Shown here: positions 40,201 through 52,200 of the stretch, piece after piece
Position numbering within the stretch: position 1 is the first letter of the stretch
How the letters are laid out: every line of letters starts with the position of its first letter
Source: Nemertoderma westbladi
Taxonomy: Eukaryota > Animalia > Xenacoelomorpha
NCBI GenBank assembly: GCA_032718475.1
Contig: JAUCBJ010007195.1
Location: forward strand, 29,277 to 93,276
Reading direction: 5' to 3'
DNA: 64,000 nt
Notes under the pieces: generated by a model
What the model was told of the DNA's origin: nothing
The model's input: the letters and a program-made list of their open reading frames with translations, nothing else
Databases searched by the model: none
Position numbers and translations under genes: made by a program

Positions 40201-43200
40201 AAAAATTAATTTAACTGTAGAAACCTTCATTAGTGTTACGATAGAGCAAACTTTATCACTTATTGACACCGGGGCCCTCTTCCATTTAGAATTATAGTCA
40301 GTAAAAATGGGGGATCAAAAATCGCATTGTTTTTGAATTTTTAAATTCATGATACGGTAAGAATTGGGCCTCAAAATCCTCAATGATGTCAGTTGGGCGC
40401 TCTCTAGCGCCCATGTGAAGAATACCAGGATTTCCGCCCATGTGAAGAATACCAGGATTTCACTTTTCGGTCGACGGAATTATAATATATGACGATTTTT
40501 TATTTTCTTAAATTAACCTTTATTAAGTGTTTTTTAGCGCTTATTTCTGTCTTATAACCTGTACATATACTAATTCGTTTATTGTTTTGGTTAGATTCAG
40601 CCCTTCTGTAACCTGTGTTTTTAGTGAAAACCTGGTATTCTTCACATGGGGGTAACAGCAAAGTGAAATATAACGGCAGAAAGTCTGGTATTCTTCGCAT
40701 GGGCCCAGTTGGGCATTATTGGTCGGATTATTGCTGACAACCGTACTACATACATACCCAAAGGAGTCGAATATTTGTTTCATACACAGGATTTCTGTTG
40801 CTACTCGAACGACTGCCAGTACAGTGTAACCAAACATTGTTAGTATAGCAGTATAGTGTAACCAATGAAAGAGCTGCCTTCTAATCTGTTTGTTCGGAGG
40901 GAAATTCAAGAGGAATTTAGAAACACCAAAAATGTGTTTTAACTCAGTCTGTTCTGGGTGTCAGTTGTCTGGTTGACAGGGTGTTGATGGGGATGCCTGG
41001 TGGTTTTTATATTGCTCTTTGGTCGTGGACTTACTTATCTTGGTACCGGTAGCGGACATCTATACTAAGAAAAAAAGCGAGGATTTCATGTCCTCTTACT
41101 AGGGCATTCCTATGTTTGTGTTAGTAGAGACCCACATTTTTGATAGCGTGCTGAGCTGATGCAATTAGTCTGCCACTCTGCCAGCAGCTTTACATGTGGT
41201 GTGGTTTGCAGTTGGCGTGGTAATGTCACGATTGTGTTTTTGGTGAGTGGAAGGGGAAGTAGTACCGTCAATATGAAATGGGAAGTAGAATAGGCATAAA
41301 TCACATTCATAATATATGATAAACCAGTTGCGAAGTACCGGCAGTAGCAGTCCGGTGCGGTAGGCAGGTACCGTATGTGGGTATGTAGTTCAAGAACATG
41401 ATATGCTCACTCGTTTAATTGACCGGTATAATTAATGGATTTCATAGCTGATCTCTTTATAAAATATCGAAGAAAACGCGACTATCTAGAAGACAAGTGT
41501 TCCTCGTCCATTAACTCTTTGTACTCAAAGATAATTCCAGAGGATTCCGATAACATAGGAGAGATATATCGGCACCATACATCCCGTGCGATACAATATT
41601 TAAACCCTTCCTGGGCACAGGAAACAGTTCCCCGACCAACTATTACAAACATAAGTGAGCAGTTAAGTCGAGCTAAACAGACCCGCGTATATGAGACGGC
41701 AACCCAACCCCAATTCATTACGGGATTCCTCAGCGTTTTCTTCCTCACATATTACAAGAAACATTTTCGCGTCCAAACCTTTGCGAGTTTCGGGACGGGC
41801 GTGGCGTTAGGAGCCGTGTTTTACTCAAAGATCATCGTTCGGTCGTACGAGCGGGTCACGTCTTACATAACATTTGGTAACCTGGGAATGGGACCCGATG
41901 ATTACAGGGACGCCTGGAGATACGCAAAGAAAGTAAGAAGTGGAACGCAATAATAAAAATCAGTGAATAAAATATAATTTTTATTTGTAATTATTCGAAA
42001 TAATCGGAGATATTTTTCGCTCGCTCGCTGTAACTTACGTAATAATGTTAAGGAGATTTGTTTTCCCTGTTAGAACTAAACCGATTCGTCATAAATTCAG
42101 TAACTTTAGTAATATAACCGGCCTTTCGACCCAAACTCGTGGTGTTAGTCGTTTTATACCTTTGAAGATTCAATTTCTCGGTGCAGTAGGAAAATTATCC
42201 TTTTCAACCGGTACAAACAAAACCGGAAGTAAGGCGGACAATGCATCCACTCCAGACCCGGACGATGCATCCACCCCAGAACCGGAGGATAACACTGACA
42301 CGGCCGATGACTTTACCGATGATCGCGAGGTTGATGACGATGGAACTATTTACCGGAACCCGACCGGCAACCAGCCCTGGTGGCATCCGTGGCGCAGCGC
42401 CCGCTGGAAGGATTCCGAATGGCCGGAAGATAAACTCCGGCCCCCGGACGCCGAGTTCGACCGACTGCAGGACACCTACACGGAGCTGAACGAGGGAAGC
42501 TGGACGTCCACGGACCCGTTCGACTACAGATGGTTCCAGGAAACGATGAAGAAAGATAAGGTGAGATAGTTGGAGAGAAGTGAGATGGGGTGGTCTGGTC
42601 TGGTCTCGTTGTTTCATAACTTGGTACCGGTAATGAATGTAGTGGAAGTGATTGACACAAATATAATTATCCATCTACTAATAGCCCCTACAAATATTTT
42701 CATATTTTTTGAAATCTGATAATTAAAATTATTAATTGTGCGTGCTGCGTATTAATGTGCGTATTAATACGTCCTGTTATGTACCACCACTCCCTTAGGC
42801 TCACTACAAGTTCTTGATACTACATGCCTATATTAAATGTCCCATTAATAGTATATGTATCTTCTCCATTAGGTTGTTATATTTATAAAAGGAACCCCCA
42901 GCCATCCCCTATGTCGCTTCTCCCATGCCCTTGTCAACGTAATGGACCTACACGGAGTGCCTTATAAGAGTTACGATGTTCTATCTGATTATAAACTCCT
43001 CGAGGGAATTAAACGATATTCTATGTGGCCAACCACTCCAATGGTGAGTCAGATAGGGAGGGAGGTGGGGTGGGTGGCAGATAGGGCGGGAGGTGGGTGG
43101 CAGATAGGGAGGGAGGTGGGTGGCAGATAGGGCGGGAGGTGGGTGGCGGATAGGGAGGGAGGTGGGTGGCGGATAGGGAGGGAGGTGGGTGGCGGATAGG

Positions 43201-46200
43201 GAGGGAGGTGGGTGGCAGATAGGGAGGGAGGTGGGTGGCAGATAGGGAGGGAGGTGGGTGGCAGATAGGGAGGGAGGTGGGTGGCAGATGGGAGGGAGGT
43301 GGGTGGCAGATAGGGCGGGAGGTGGGTGGCAGATAGGGAGGGAGGTGGGTGGCAGATAGGGCGGGAGGTGGGTGGCGGATAGGGAAGGAGGTGGGTGGCG
43401 GATAGGGAGGGAGGTGGGTGGCGGATAGGGAGGGAGGTGGGTGGCAGATAGGGAGGGAGGTGGGTGGCGGATAGGGAGGGAGGTGGGTGGCGGATAGGGA
43501 GGGAGGTGGGTGGCGGATAGGGAGGGAGGTGGGTGGCAGATAGGGAGGAGGTGGGTGGCAGATAGGGAGGGAGGTGGGTGGCAGATGGGGAGGGAGGTGG
43601 GTGGCAGATAGGGATGGAGGTGGGTGGCAGATAGGGATGGAGGTGGGTGGCAGATGGGGAGGGAGGTGGGTGGCAGATAGGGAGGGAGGTGGGTGGCAGA
43701 TAGGGAGGGAGGTGGGTGGCGGATAGGGAGGGAGGTGGGTGGCAGATAGGGAGGGAGGTGGGTGGCAGATAGGGAGGGAGGTGGGTGGCGGATAGGGAGG
43801 GAGGTGGGTGGCAGATAGGGATGGAGGTGGGTGGCAGATAGGGATGGAGGTGGGTGGCAGATAGGGAGGGAGGTGGGTGGCAGATAGGGAGGGAGGTGGG
43901 TGGCAGATAGGGATGGAGGTGGGTGGCAGATAGGGAGGGAGGTGGGTGGCAGATGGGGAGGGAGGTGGGTGGCAGATGGGGAGGGAGGTGGGTGGCAGAT
44001 AGGGAGGGAGGTGGGTGGCAGATAGGGAGGGAGGTGGGTGGCGGATAGGGAGGGAGGTGGGTGGCGGATAGGGATGGAGGTGGGTTGCAGATAGGGAGGG
44101 AGGTGGGTGGCAGATAGGGAGGGAGGTGGGTGGCGGATAGGGAGGGAGGTGGGTGGCAGATAGGGAGGGAGGTGGGTGGCAGATAGGGAGGGAGGTGGGT
44201 GGCGGATAGGGAGGGAGGTGGGTGGCAGATAGGGATGGAGGTGGGTGGCAGATAGGGATGGAGGTGGGTGGCAGATAGGGAGGGAGGTGGGTGGCAGATA
44301 GGGAGGGAGGTGGGTGGCGGATAGGGAGGGAGGTGGGTGGCAGATAGGGATGGAGGTGGGTGGCAGATAGGGAGGGAGGTGGGTGGCAGATGGGGAGGGA
44401 GGTGGGTGGCAGATAGGGAGGGAGGTGGGTGGCAGATAGGGAGGGAGGTGGGTGGCGGATAGGGAGGGAGGTGGGTGGCAGATAGGGAGGGAGGTGGGTG
44501 GCGGATAGGGAGGGAGGTGGGTGGCAGATAGGGATGGAGGTGGGTGGCAGATAGGGAGGGAGGTGGGTGGCAGATGGGGAGGGAGGTGGGTGGCAGATGG
44601 GGAGGGAGGTGGGTGGCAGATAGGGAGGGAGGTGGGTGGCAGATAGGGAGGGAGGTGGGTGGCAGATAGGGAGGGAGGTGGGTGGCGGATAGGGAGGGAG
44701 GTGGGTGGCGGATAGGGATGGAGGTGGGTTGCAGATAGGGAGGGAGGTGGGTGGCAGATAGGGAGGGAGGTGGGTGGCGGATAGGGAGGGAGGTGGGTGG
44801 CAGATAGGGAGGGAGGTGGGTGGCGGATAGGGAGGGAGGTGGGTGGCAGATAGGAATGGAGGTGGGTGGCAGATAGGGATGGAGATGGGTGGCAGATAGG
44901 GAGGGAGGTTGGTGGCAGATAGGGAGGGAGGTGGGTGGCAGATAGGGAGGGATGTGGGTGGCAGATAGGGATGGAGGTGGGTGGCAGATAGGGAGGGAGG
45001 TGGGTGGCAGATAGGGAGGGAGGTGGGTGGCGGATAGGGAGGGAGGTGGGTGGCGGATAGGGAGGGAGGTGGGTGGCGGATAGGGAGGGAGGTGGGTGGC
45101 GGATAGGGAGGGAGGTGGGTGGCAGATAGGGATGGAGGTGGGTGGCAGATAGGGAGGGAGGTGGGTGGCAGATAGGGAGGGAGGTGGGTGGCAGATAGGG
45201 AGGGAGGTGGGTGGCGGATAGGGAGGGAGGTGGGTGGCAGATAGGGAGGGAGGTGGGTGGCAGATAGGGAGGGAGGTGGGTGGCAGATAGGGAGGGAGGT
45301 GGGTGGCAGATAGGGAGGGAGGTGGGTGGCAGATAGGGAGGGAGGTGGGTGGCAGATAGGGAGGGAGTTGGGTGGCAGATAGGGAGGGAGGTGGGTGGCA
45401 GATAGGGAGGGAGGTGGGTGGCGGATAGGGAGGGAGGTGGGTGGCAGATAGGGAGGGAGGTGGGTGGCAGATAGGGAGGGAGGTGGGTGGCAGATAGGGA
45501 GGGAGGTGGGTGGCAGATAGGGAGGGAGGTGGGTGGCGGATAGGGAGGGAGGTGGGTGGCGGATAGGGAGGGAGGTGGGTGGCAGATAGGGAGGGAGGTG
45601 GGGGCAGATAGGGAGGGAGGTGGGTGGCAGATAGGGAGGGAGGTGGGTGGCAGATAGGGATGGAGGTGGGTGGCAGATAGGGAGGGAGGTGGGTGGCAGA
45701 TAGGGAGGGAGTTGGGTGGCAGATAGGGAGGGAGGTGGGTGGCAGATAGGGATGGAGGTGGGTGGCAGATAGGGAGGGAGGTGGGTGGCAGATAGGGAGG
45801 GAGGTTGGTGGCAGATAGGGAGGGAGGTGGGTGGCGGATAGGGAGGGAGGTGGGTGGCAGATAGGGAGGGAGGTGGGTGGCGGATAGGGAGGGAGGTGGG
45901 TGGCGGATAGGGAGGGAGGTGGGTGGCAGATAGGGAGGGAGGTGGGTGGCAGATAGGGAGGGAGGTGGGTGGCAGATAGGGAGGGAGGTGGGTGGCAGAT
46001 AGGGAGGGAGGTGGGTGGCAGATAGGGAGGGAGGTGGGTGGCAGATAGGGAGGGAGGTGGGTGGCAGATAGGGATGGAGGTGGGTGGCAGATAGGGAGGG
46101 AGGTGGGTGGCAGATAGGGATGGAGGTGGGTGACAGATAGGAATGGAGGTGGGTGGCAGATAGGGATGGATGTGGGTGGCAGATAGGGATGGAGGTGGGT

Positions 46201-49200
46201 GGCAGATAGGGAGGGAGGTGGGTGGCGGATAGGGAGGGAGGTGGGTGGTGGATAGGGATGGAGGTGGGTGGCAGCAGATAGGGATGGAGGTGGGTGGCAG
46301 ATAGGGAAGGAGGTGGGTGGCAGATAGGGAGGGAGGTGGGTGGCAGATAGGGAGGGAGGTGGGTGGCAGATAGGGAGGGAGGTGGGTGGCAGATAGGGAT
46401 GGAGGTGGGTGGCAGATAGGGAGGGAGGTGGGTGGCAGATAGGGAGGGAGGTGGGTGGCAGATAGGGAGGGAGGGAGGTGGGTGGCAGATAGGGAGGGAG
46501 GTGGGTGGCAGATAGGGAGGGAGGTGGGTGGCAGATAGGGATGGAGGTGGGTGGCAGATAGGGAGGGAGGTGGGTGGCAGATAGGGAGGGAGGTGAGTGG
46601 CAGATAGGGAGGGAGGGAGGTGGGTGGCAGATAGGGAGGGAGGTGGGTGGCAGATAGGGAGGGAGGTGGGTGGCGGATAGGGAGGGAGGTGGGTGGCAGA
46701 TAGGGAGGGAGGTGGGTGGCAGATAGGGATGGAGGTGGGTGGCAGATAGGGAGGGAGGTGGGTGGCAGATAGGGAGGGAGGTGGGTGGCAGATAGGGATG
46801 GAGGTGGGTGGCAGATAGGGAGGGAGGTGGGTGGCAGATAGGGAGGGAGGTGGGTGGCAGATAGGGATGGAGGTGGGTGGCAGATAGGGAGGGAGGTGGG
46901 TGGCAGATAGGGAGGGAGGTGAGTGGCTCATAACGCAACCAAATGAAACCCTATACAGGGGAAATCGACGCAAATAACAGCTGATTACCCTGAAAAATGA
47001 AACTGTTACCTGTGCTGTTGACTTTAGTTTATTGTTTTGGTTATAGTAACAGTCACTGCAAACTGCTTTCCATTAACTAATATCATTAATTTATTATTAC
47101 CATTGTTATTTCGTCTCAAACTCTGAAATGAATTTCCGTATTGGTAGAGGTAGAGCGACATGTAGTTTGTGCTGTCTGCATCAGCTGTGATGAATGACTT
47201 ACTGTTAGGCCTACCTCAGCATGACCTTAAGTAGAAAACGGTACAATCATAGTGAAATAATAACGTTCTTGATTTCAGCCCGTGATATATATAGCACCCG
47301 ATAGCCCTTCATTGAGTTTACATTATTTCACGGCGTATTTCACGCAGAGTTGAAAATAAAAGTAGTCAATTCAGTTTATTCAGTAGAATGTTTCTATTAA
47401 TCTTCAGGTTTACTTTGACGAAGAGTTTATGGGCGGTTCGGATGAGATCCTGGACCTGCACACGACCTCGGATATCTTTATCGAGCTCACCAAGATCGGT
47501 GTCCGGTCACGGCTGCAAGAGGGCGAGGTTCCTACCGAGTACTTGGAGGAAGAAGATCAGATCGCTAAGAATTAGTGATTAATCACGGCGCCGCGGCTTT
47601 TAGTGAAAGTAAATACGGAACTATTTCGGGACATCGGCAAAACATTGTACTAAAAGCTAACTCATTAATATAAGATTATTTAATTATATTGTTGGACTTG
47701 ATTAATAACATGGTTAATAATGTGGCAGTAGCTGCATAAAAAATAGTCGAAAATAATTACCAAATATTTATTTTCGTTCGGCGTTCGCCAGTGGTTTACT
47801 AATATCAATTCGCGGTTTTCAAATGACCAACAGTAACAACTTTGCTTACCGGTACCGATGTTTCCATAAAATTATACCCAATTCGGTACATTCATTTAGT
47901 CAAAAGTCTGAAATACAATTTGCGAGGGGGGACTCATCAGTTCTCCAGTCTCTCGGTAGACGGAGACTACAACGGTTGGTTAGTGGCGCTCAAAGGCGTC
48001 ATGAACGTGTACATAGATACTAACAAACAACATGTTAATATGACATTGTAAAGATAAACAGTCAGAAATATATGTAAATATGAATAGTTAATATTCAGAG
48101 TATATGAGAATAAAACCATTTGAAACTTACATAAACAGTAAGATGAATAGCGTAGGTGCATTCTGGGTCTAGATGGGTGATTTCTGCCTCAGATACATCA
48201 GGTTGGAATGGTCCATGGGTCACTGGTTTACTGGAATCCTGGTTTTCTGAATAACTTTCATTTATATGGATCAGCTGAAAATATAACCAATACAAATATA
48301 GCAATAAATTATTGTTCTAGCTAATAGTTAAAATGTATTATTTAGTAATGTTTTAAATTCCTAATATTGTGATTTTAATAATGCTAATTGTATGGATGGT
48401 TCCTGATCACGGTCAGGGGTGCCTTTATAGTCAGGAGCTTATTCGAGTAAATTTAATTAAAAAGCCGTAACACATACCTTATAATGGTCCAATTGCACTC
48501 CATGGCCGTAAACTTCTACGGGCGACCAACCAATCCGCAGCGAGTGTCGTTTTGTTGTGGGCAGCCTTCGTAGTTTAGGGGCAATCAACCCCGGCCAATA
48601 GATATCCAGCGTTTCAGATATATGGCTATGTAGTCGCTCATTGGTTGATGCGGCTTGAATTCCAAACATATATCGCTCACAGGGTTGGCCCTAAACGAGG
48701 GGGAGTGGATATAAATGGAAAACTAAAAGCCAAAGAGGCTTAACAGAATTAAAGTAATATCAGAATTACGACATTATTTCCCTGGAGATACTGTGTAATA
48801 TTGTATTTCACTTACATCAGTAAACACGAACGATGTAGCTTCTCTTGGGAGAGTTTCTATAACATTTCCATTAATGTAAACCTTGTATCCTTCTACAACA
48901 GCATCCACTGCGTCAGAAATCGTGTCCCAAGCTAATGTCGCAGATTCCCAAGTAGACGATCTAAAGAGGTCGGAGTATGTAATGATATCTAATGGTGTAA
49001 AAAACAGACACATTCTAAAGGGCGAGACGCAAAATAAATAAATTTAAGTTTTGGTTAAACAAACCTTAGTTGGACTTGTGGTGTGTCCAATGGTGCTGTA
49101 GTCAGCACTGTGAGCTGTTTGGATTTAGCTGTTGCTTGCTGTTGGGCGTCGAGTGACAGCAGTCGTATAAAGTGGTTGGTACCGGGAGTGCAGTCCGCGA

Positions 49201-52200
49201 TGCAGTGGTTACTGTCGAACCCCAGAAGCTGTTTCTCCTTCACCTAAACATCAACCACATACTACTGATTTTGGGTTCGAGAAGAAATGCTTCATCCTCT
49301 ATTCATACAATTTATGAAATATTGCACTTTAGAGGATAGGTCTAATTAAGGACAATGTACAGTGTACACCACGTCAGAAAATCTCACCAACAGTCAGAAA
49401 ACAGTCCCAGATAGTCTGACAACAGTCAAGGGTTTCAAAAAACTTCTGATTATCAAAATGATTCCTTTAATTCGAAATAATCAAAATAATAACAGCTGAT
49501 AAGCCGTAACAAAGGAAATTACGTGATTCTATACCGTACTGCAGTAGGCCTACTGAACCGATGCGATACAGTTGTTTAACACTATTATGGAATCCGGGAA
49601 CGGCAAGGATATTTATCTGATCTCTTCTGAAAGTCCAAATAACCTGCCAACGGCTATAATAAGCATTATAAAATCAACATTAGTTTGTGATACCGACACA
49701 AGTCAACACCTTGACCTTGCCGTTCTCGAATTCCATAATATTGTGTTCAAAAACTGTATCGGTTCGGTAGGCCTACTGCAATATGGTATAGAATAACGTA
49801 ATTTCCTTAGTTACGGCTATCAGCTGATATTATTTTGAGTATTTCGAATATAAGGAATCATATTTAGATAATCGGAAATTTTTTGAAGCCCTTGACCTGT
49901 TGTTGAGTTTTTCTGACTGTTGGTAGTAGGTTTTTTGACTGTTGTCCCCAATGTAGTATTGTCCTTAATTAGACCTATCCCACTTTAGCGAGACAAAAAT
50001 TAACTGTATTACAATGAATATGATTCCCCTAACATAGACATTCCTATAACACCAACATCATACTGCATAAAACAATAATAATGAAAAGGGCCAAAGCAAA
50101 GGGGGTGGGGTTTTTATATCGGGTTTGCGATGGATCGTGAATCGTGATTGGTAATCTGTGTGGAAGCAGGTGTGGTAGGAAAAAAAACCAGAAACACTGG
50201 TTTAGGGATGATGCAAATGGTAGAAATAGGGTAACACGCACAAATAAACTCCTTAAATAGGAAGAAATATGGTAACACGCACAAATAAACTCCTTAAAGA
50301 GGAATAAATAGGATAACACGCACAAATAAACTCCTTAAATAGGAAGAAATATGGTAACACGCACAAATAAACTCCTTAAAGAGGAATAAATATGGTAACA
50401 CGCACAAATAAACTCCTTAAATAGGAAGAAATATGGTAACACGCACAAATAAACTCCTTAAAGATGAATAAATATGGTAACACGCACAAATAAACTCCTT
50501 AAAGATGAATAAATATGGTAACACGCACAAATAAACTCCTTAAAGAGGAATAAATATGGTAACACGCCCAAATAAACTCCTTAAATAGGAATAAATATGG
50601 TAACACGAACAAATAAACTCCTTAAATAGGAATAAATATGGTAACACGCACAAATAAACTCCTTAAATAGGAAGAAATATGGTAACACGCACAAATAAAC
50701 TCCTTAAAGAGGAATAAATAGGATAACACGCACAAATAAACTCCTTAAATAGGAAGAAATGCACAAATAAACTCCTTAAATAGGAAGAAATATGGTAACA
50801 CGCACAAATAAACTCCTTAAAGAGGAATAAATATGGTAACACGCACAAATAAACTCCTTAAATAGGAAGAAATATGGTAACACGCACAAATAAACTCCTT
50901 AAAGATGAATAAATATGGTAACACGCACAAATAAACTCCTTAAAGAGGAATAAATAGGGTAACACGCACAAATAAACTCCTTAAAGAGGAATAAATATGG
51001 TAACACGCCCAAATAAACTCCTTAAATAGGAATAAATATGGTAACACGCACAAATAAACTCCTTAAAGAGGAATAAATAGGGTAACACGCACAAATAAAC
51101 TCCTTAAATAGGAATCAATAGGGTTAAAGCCGTTACACACGCTCCTAAACCCAAATAGACTCCTTTAACTAGGAAGAAATAGGGTTACACACAAAATAAT
51201 AGGAATAAATAGGGTTACACACACAAATAATAGGAATAAATAGGGTTACACACACAAATAATAGGAATAAATAGGGTTAAACACATAAATATAATTATTT
51301 ATTACATGGAAAAAAAAAAATCATTTTTTTTCAGAATTTTTTTTCATTATTTTCGAGGCATTTTATTTACCGAGCGTCAGCGAGGGTCGAGATAATATTG
51401 AAAAAAGAATGATCTACGTTTTTTTCCCATGTAATACGTAATTTTATTCTTAAATTGGTACTTTTTTGTTGCTAAATTCTTTAATAGAACATAGCGATTT
51501 ACTACAGTACAGTAGTGTTACAAAATAAATTGAACTGTAGTATTTTACTATATTGCTTCCATAGTTACTGCGATTCTAATTATTGTACACTTCAACTCAT
51601 AATGCTGCCTTACTCAATGTTACAATAATTTAGTGTTCTCGAATATTTATTACGTAACTAGAGAGCCGCTTAACTACATAAACCAATATTGGATATTGAG
51701 TTCCGTTTTGGAGTACGCCGCGCAGACACTAAAGTTACAATAACTTTTGATTGTGTGAATGGATTTTGCTCAAATTACGTGCAAACCTTTTCTACGATGC
51801 TCTTTCAATATATGTAATAAAATTTAAGAAATTCCACCAAAAATATTTTACTTTACATATTTGGCCGGGGAAAAAAGTAAAATCATTGCAATCCTATGAG
51901 TTACTTTTTTTCCCTAGGGAAAAAGTGAAACTTTTTCTCCCGATTTTTGGTTATATTCGAGCGAAAAAGTAACAATTTAAGAATAAAATACTTTTTTTAT
52001 TTTTAAAGAATTTTTTTTTGCAATAGGAAGAAATGGGGTTACACCCGCAAATAATAGGAATAAATAGGGTTACACACAAATAATAGGAATAAATAGGGTT
52101 ACACACACAAAATAATAGGAATAAATAGGGTTACACACACAAATAATAGAAGAAATAGGGTTACACACACATAATAGGAATAAATAGGGTTACACACAAA

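Noticed and set aside
42981-46973. 1300-aa proline-rich extensin-like ORFs
   Set aside because: They are translations of the 23-bp intronic satellite and are open in several frames.
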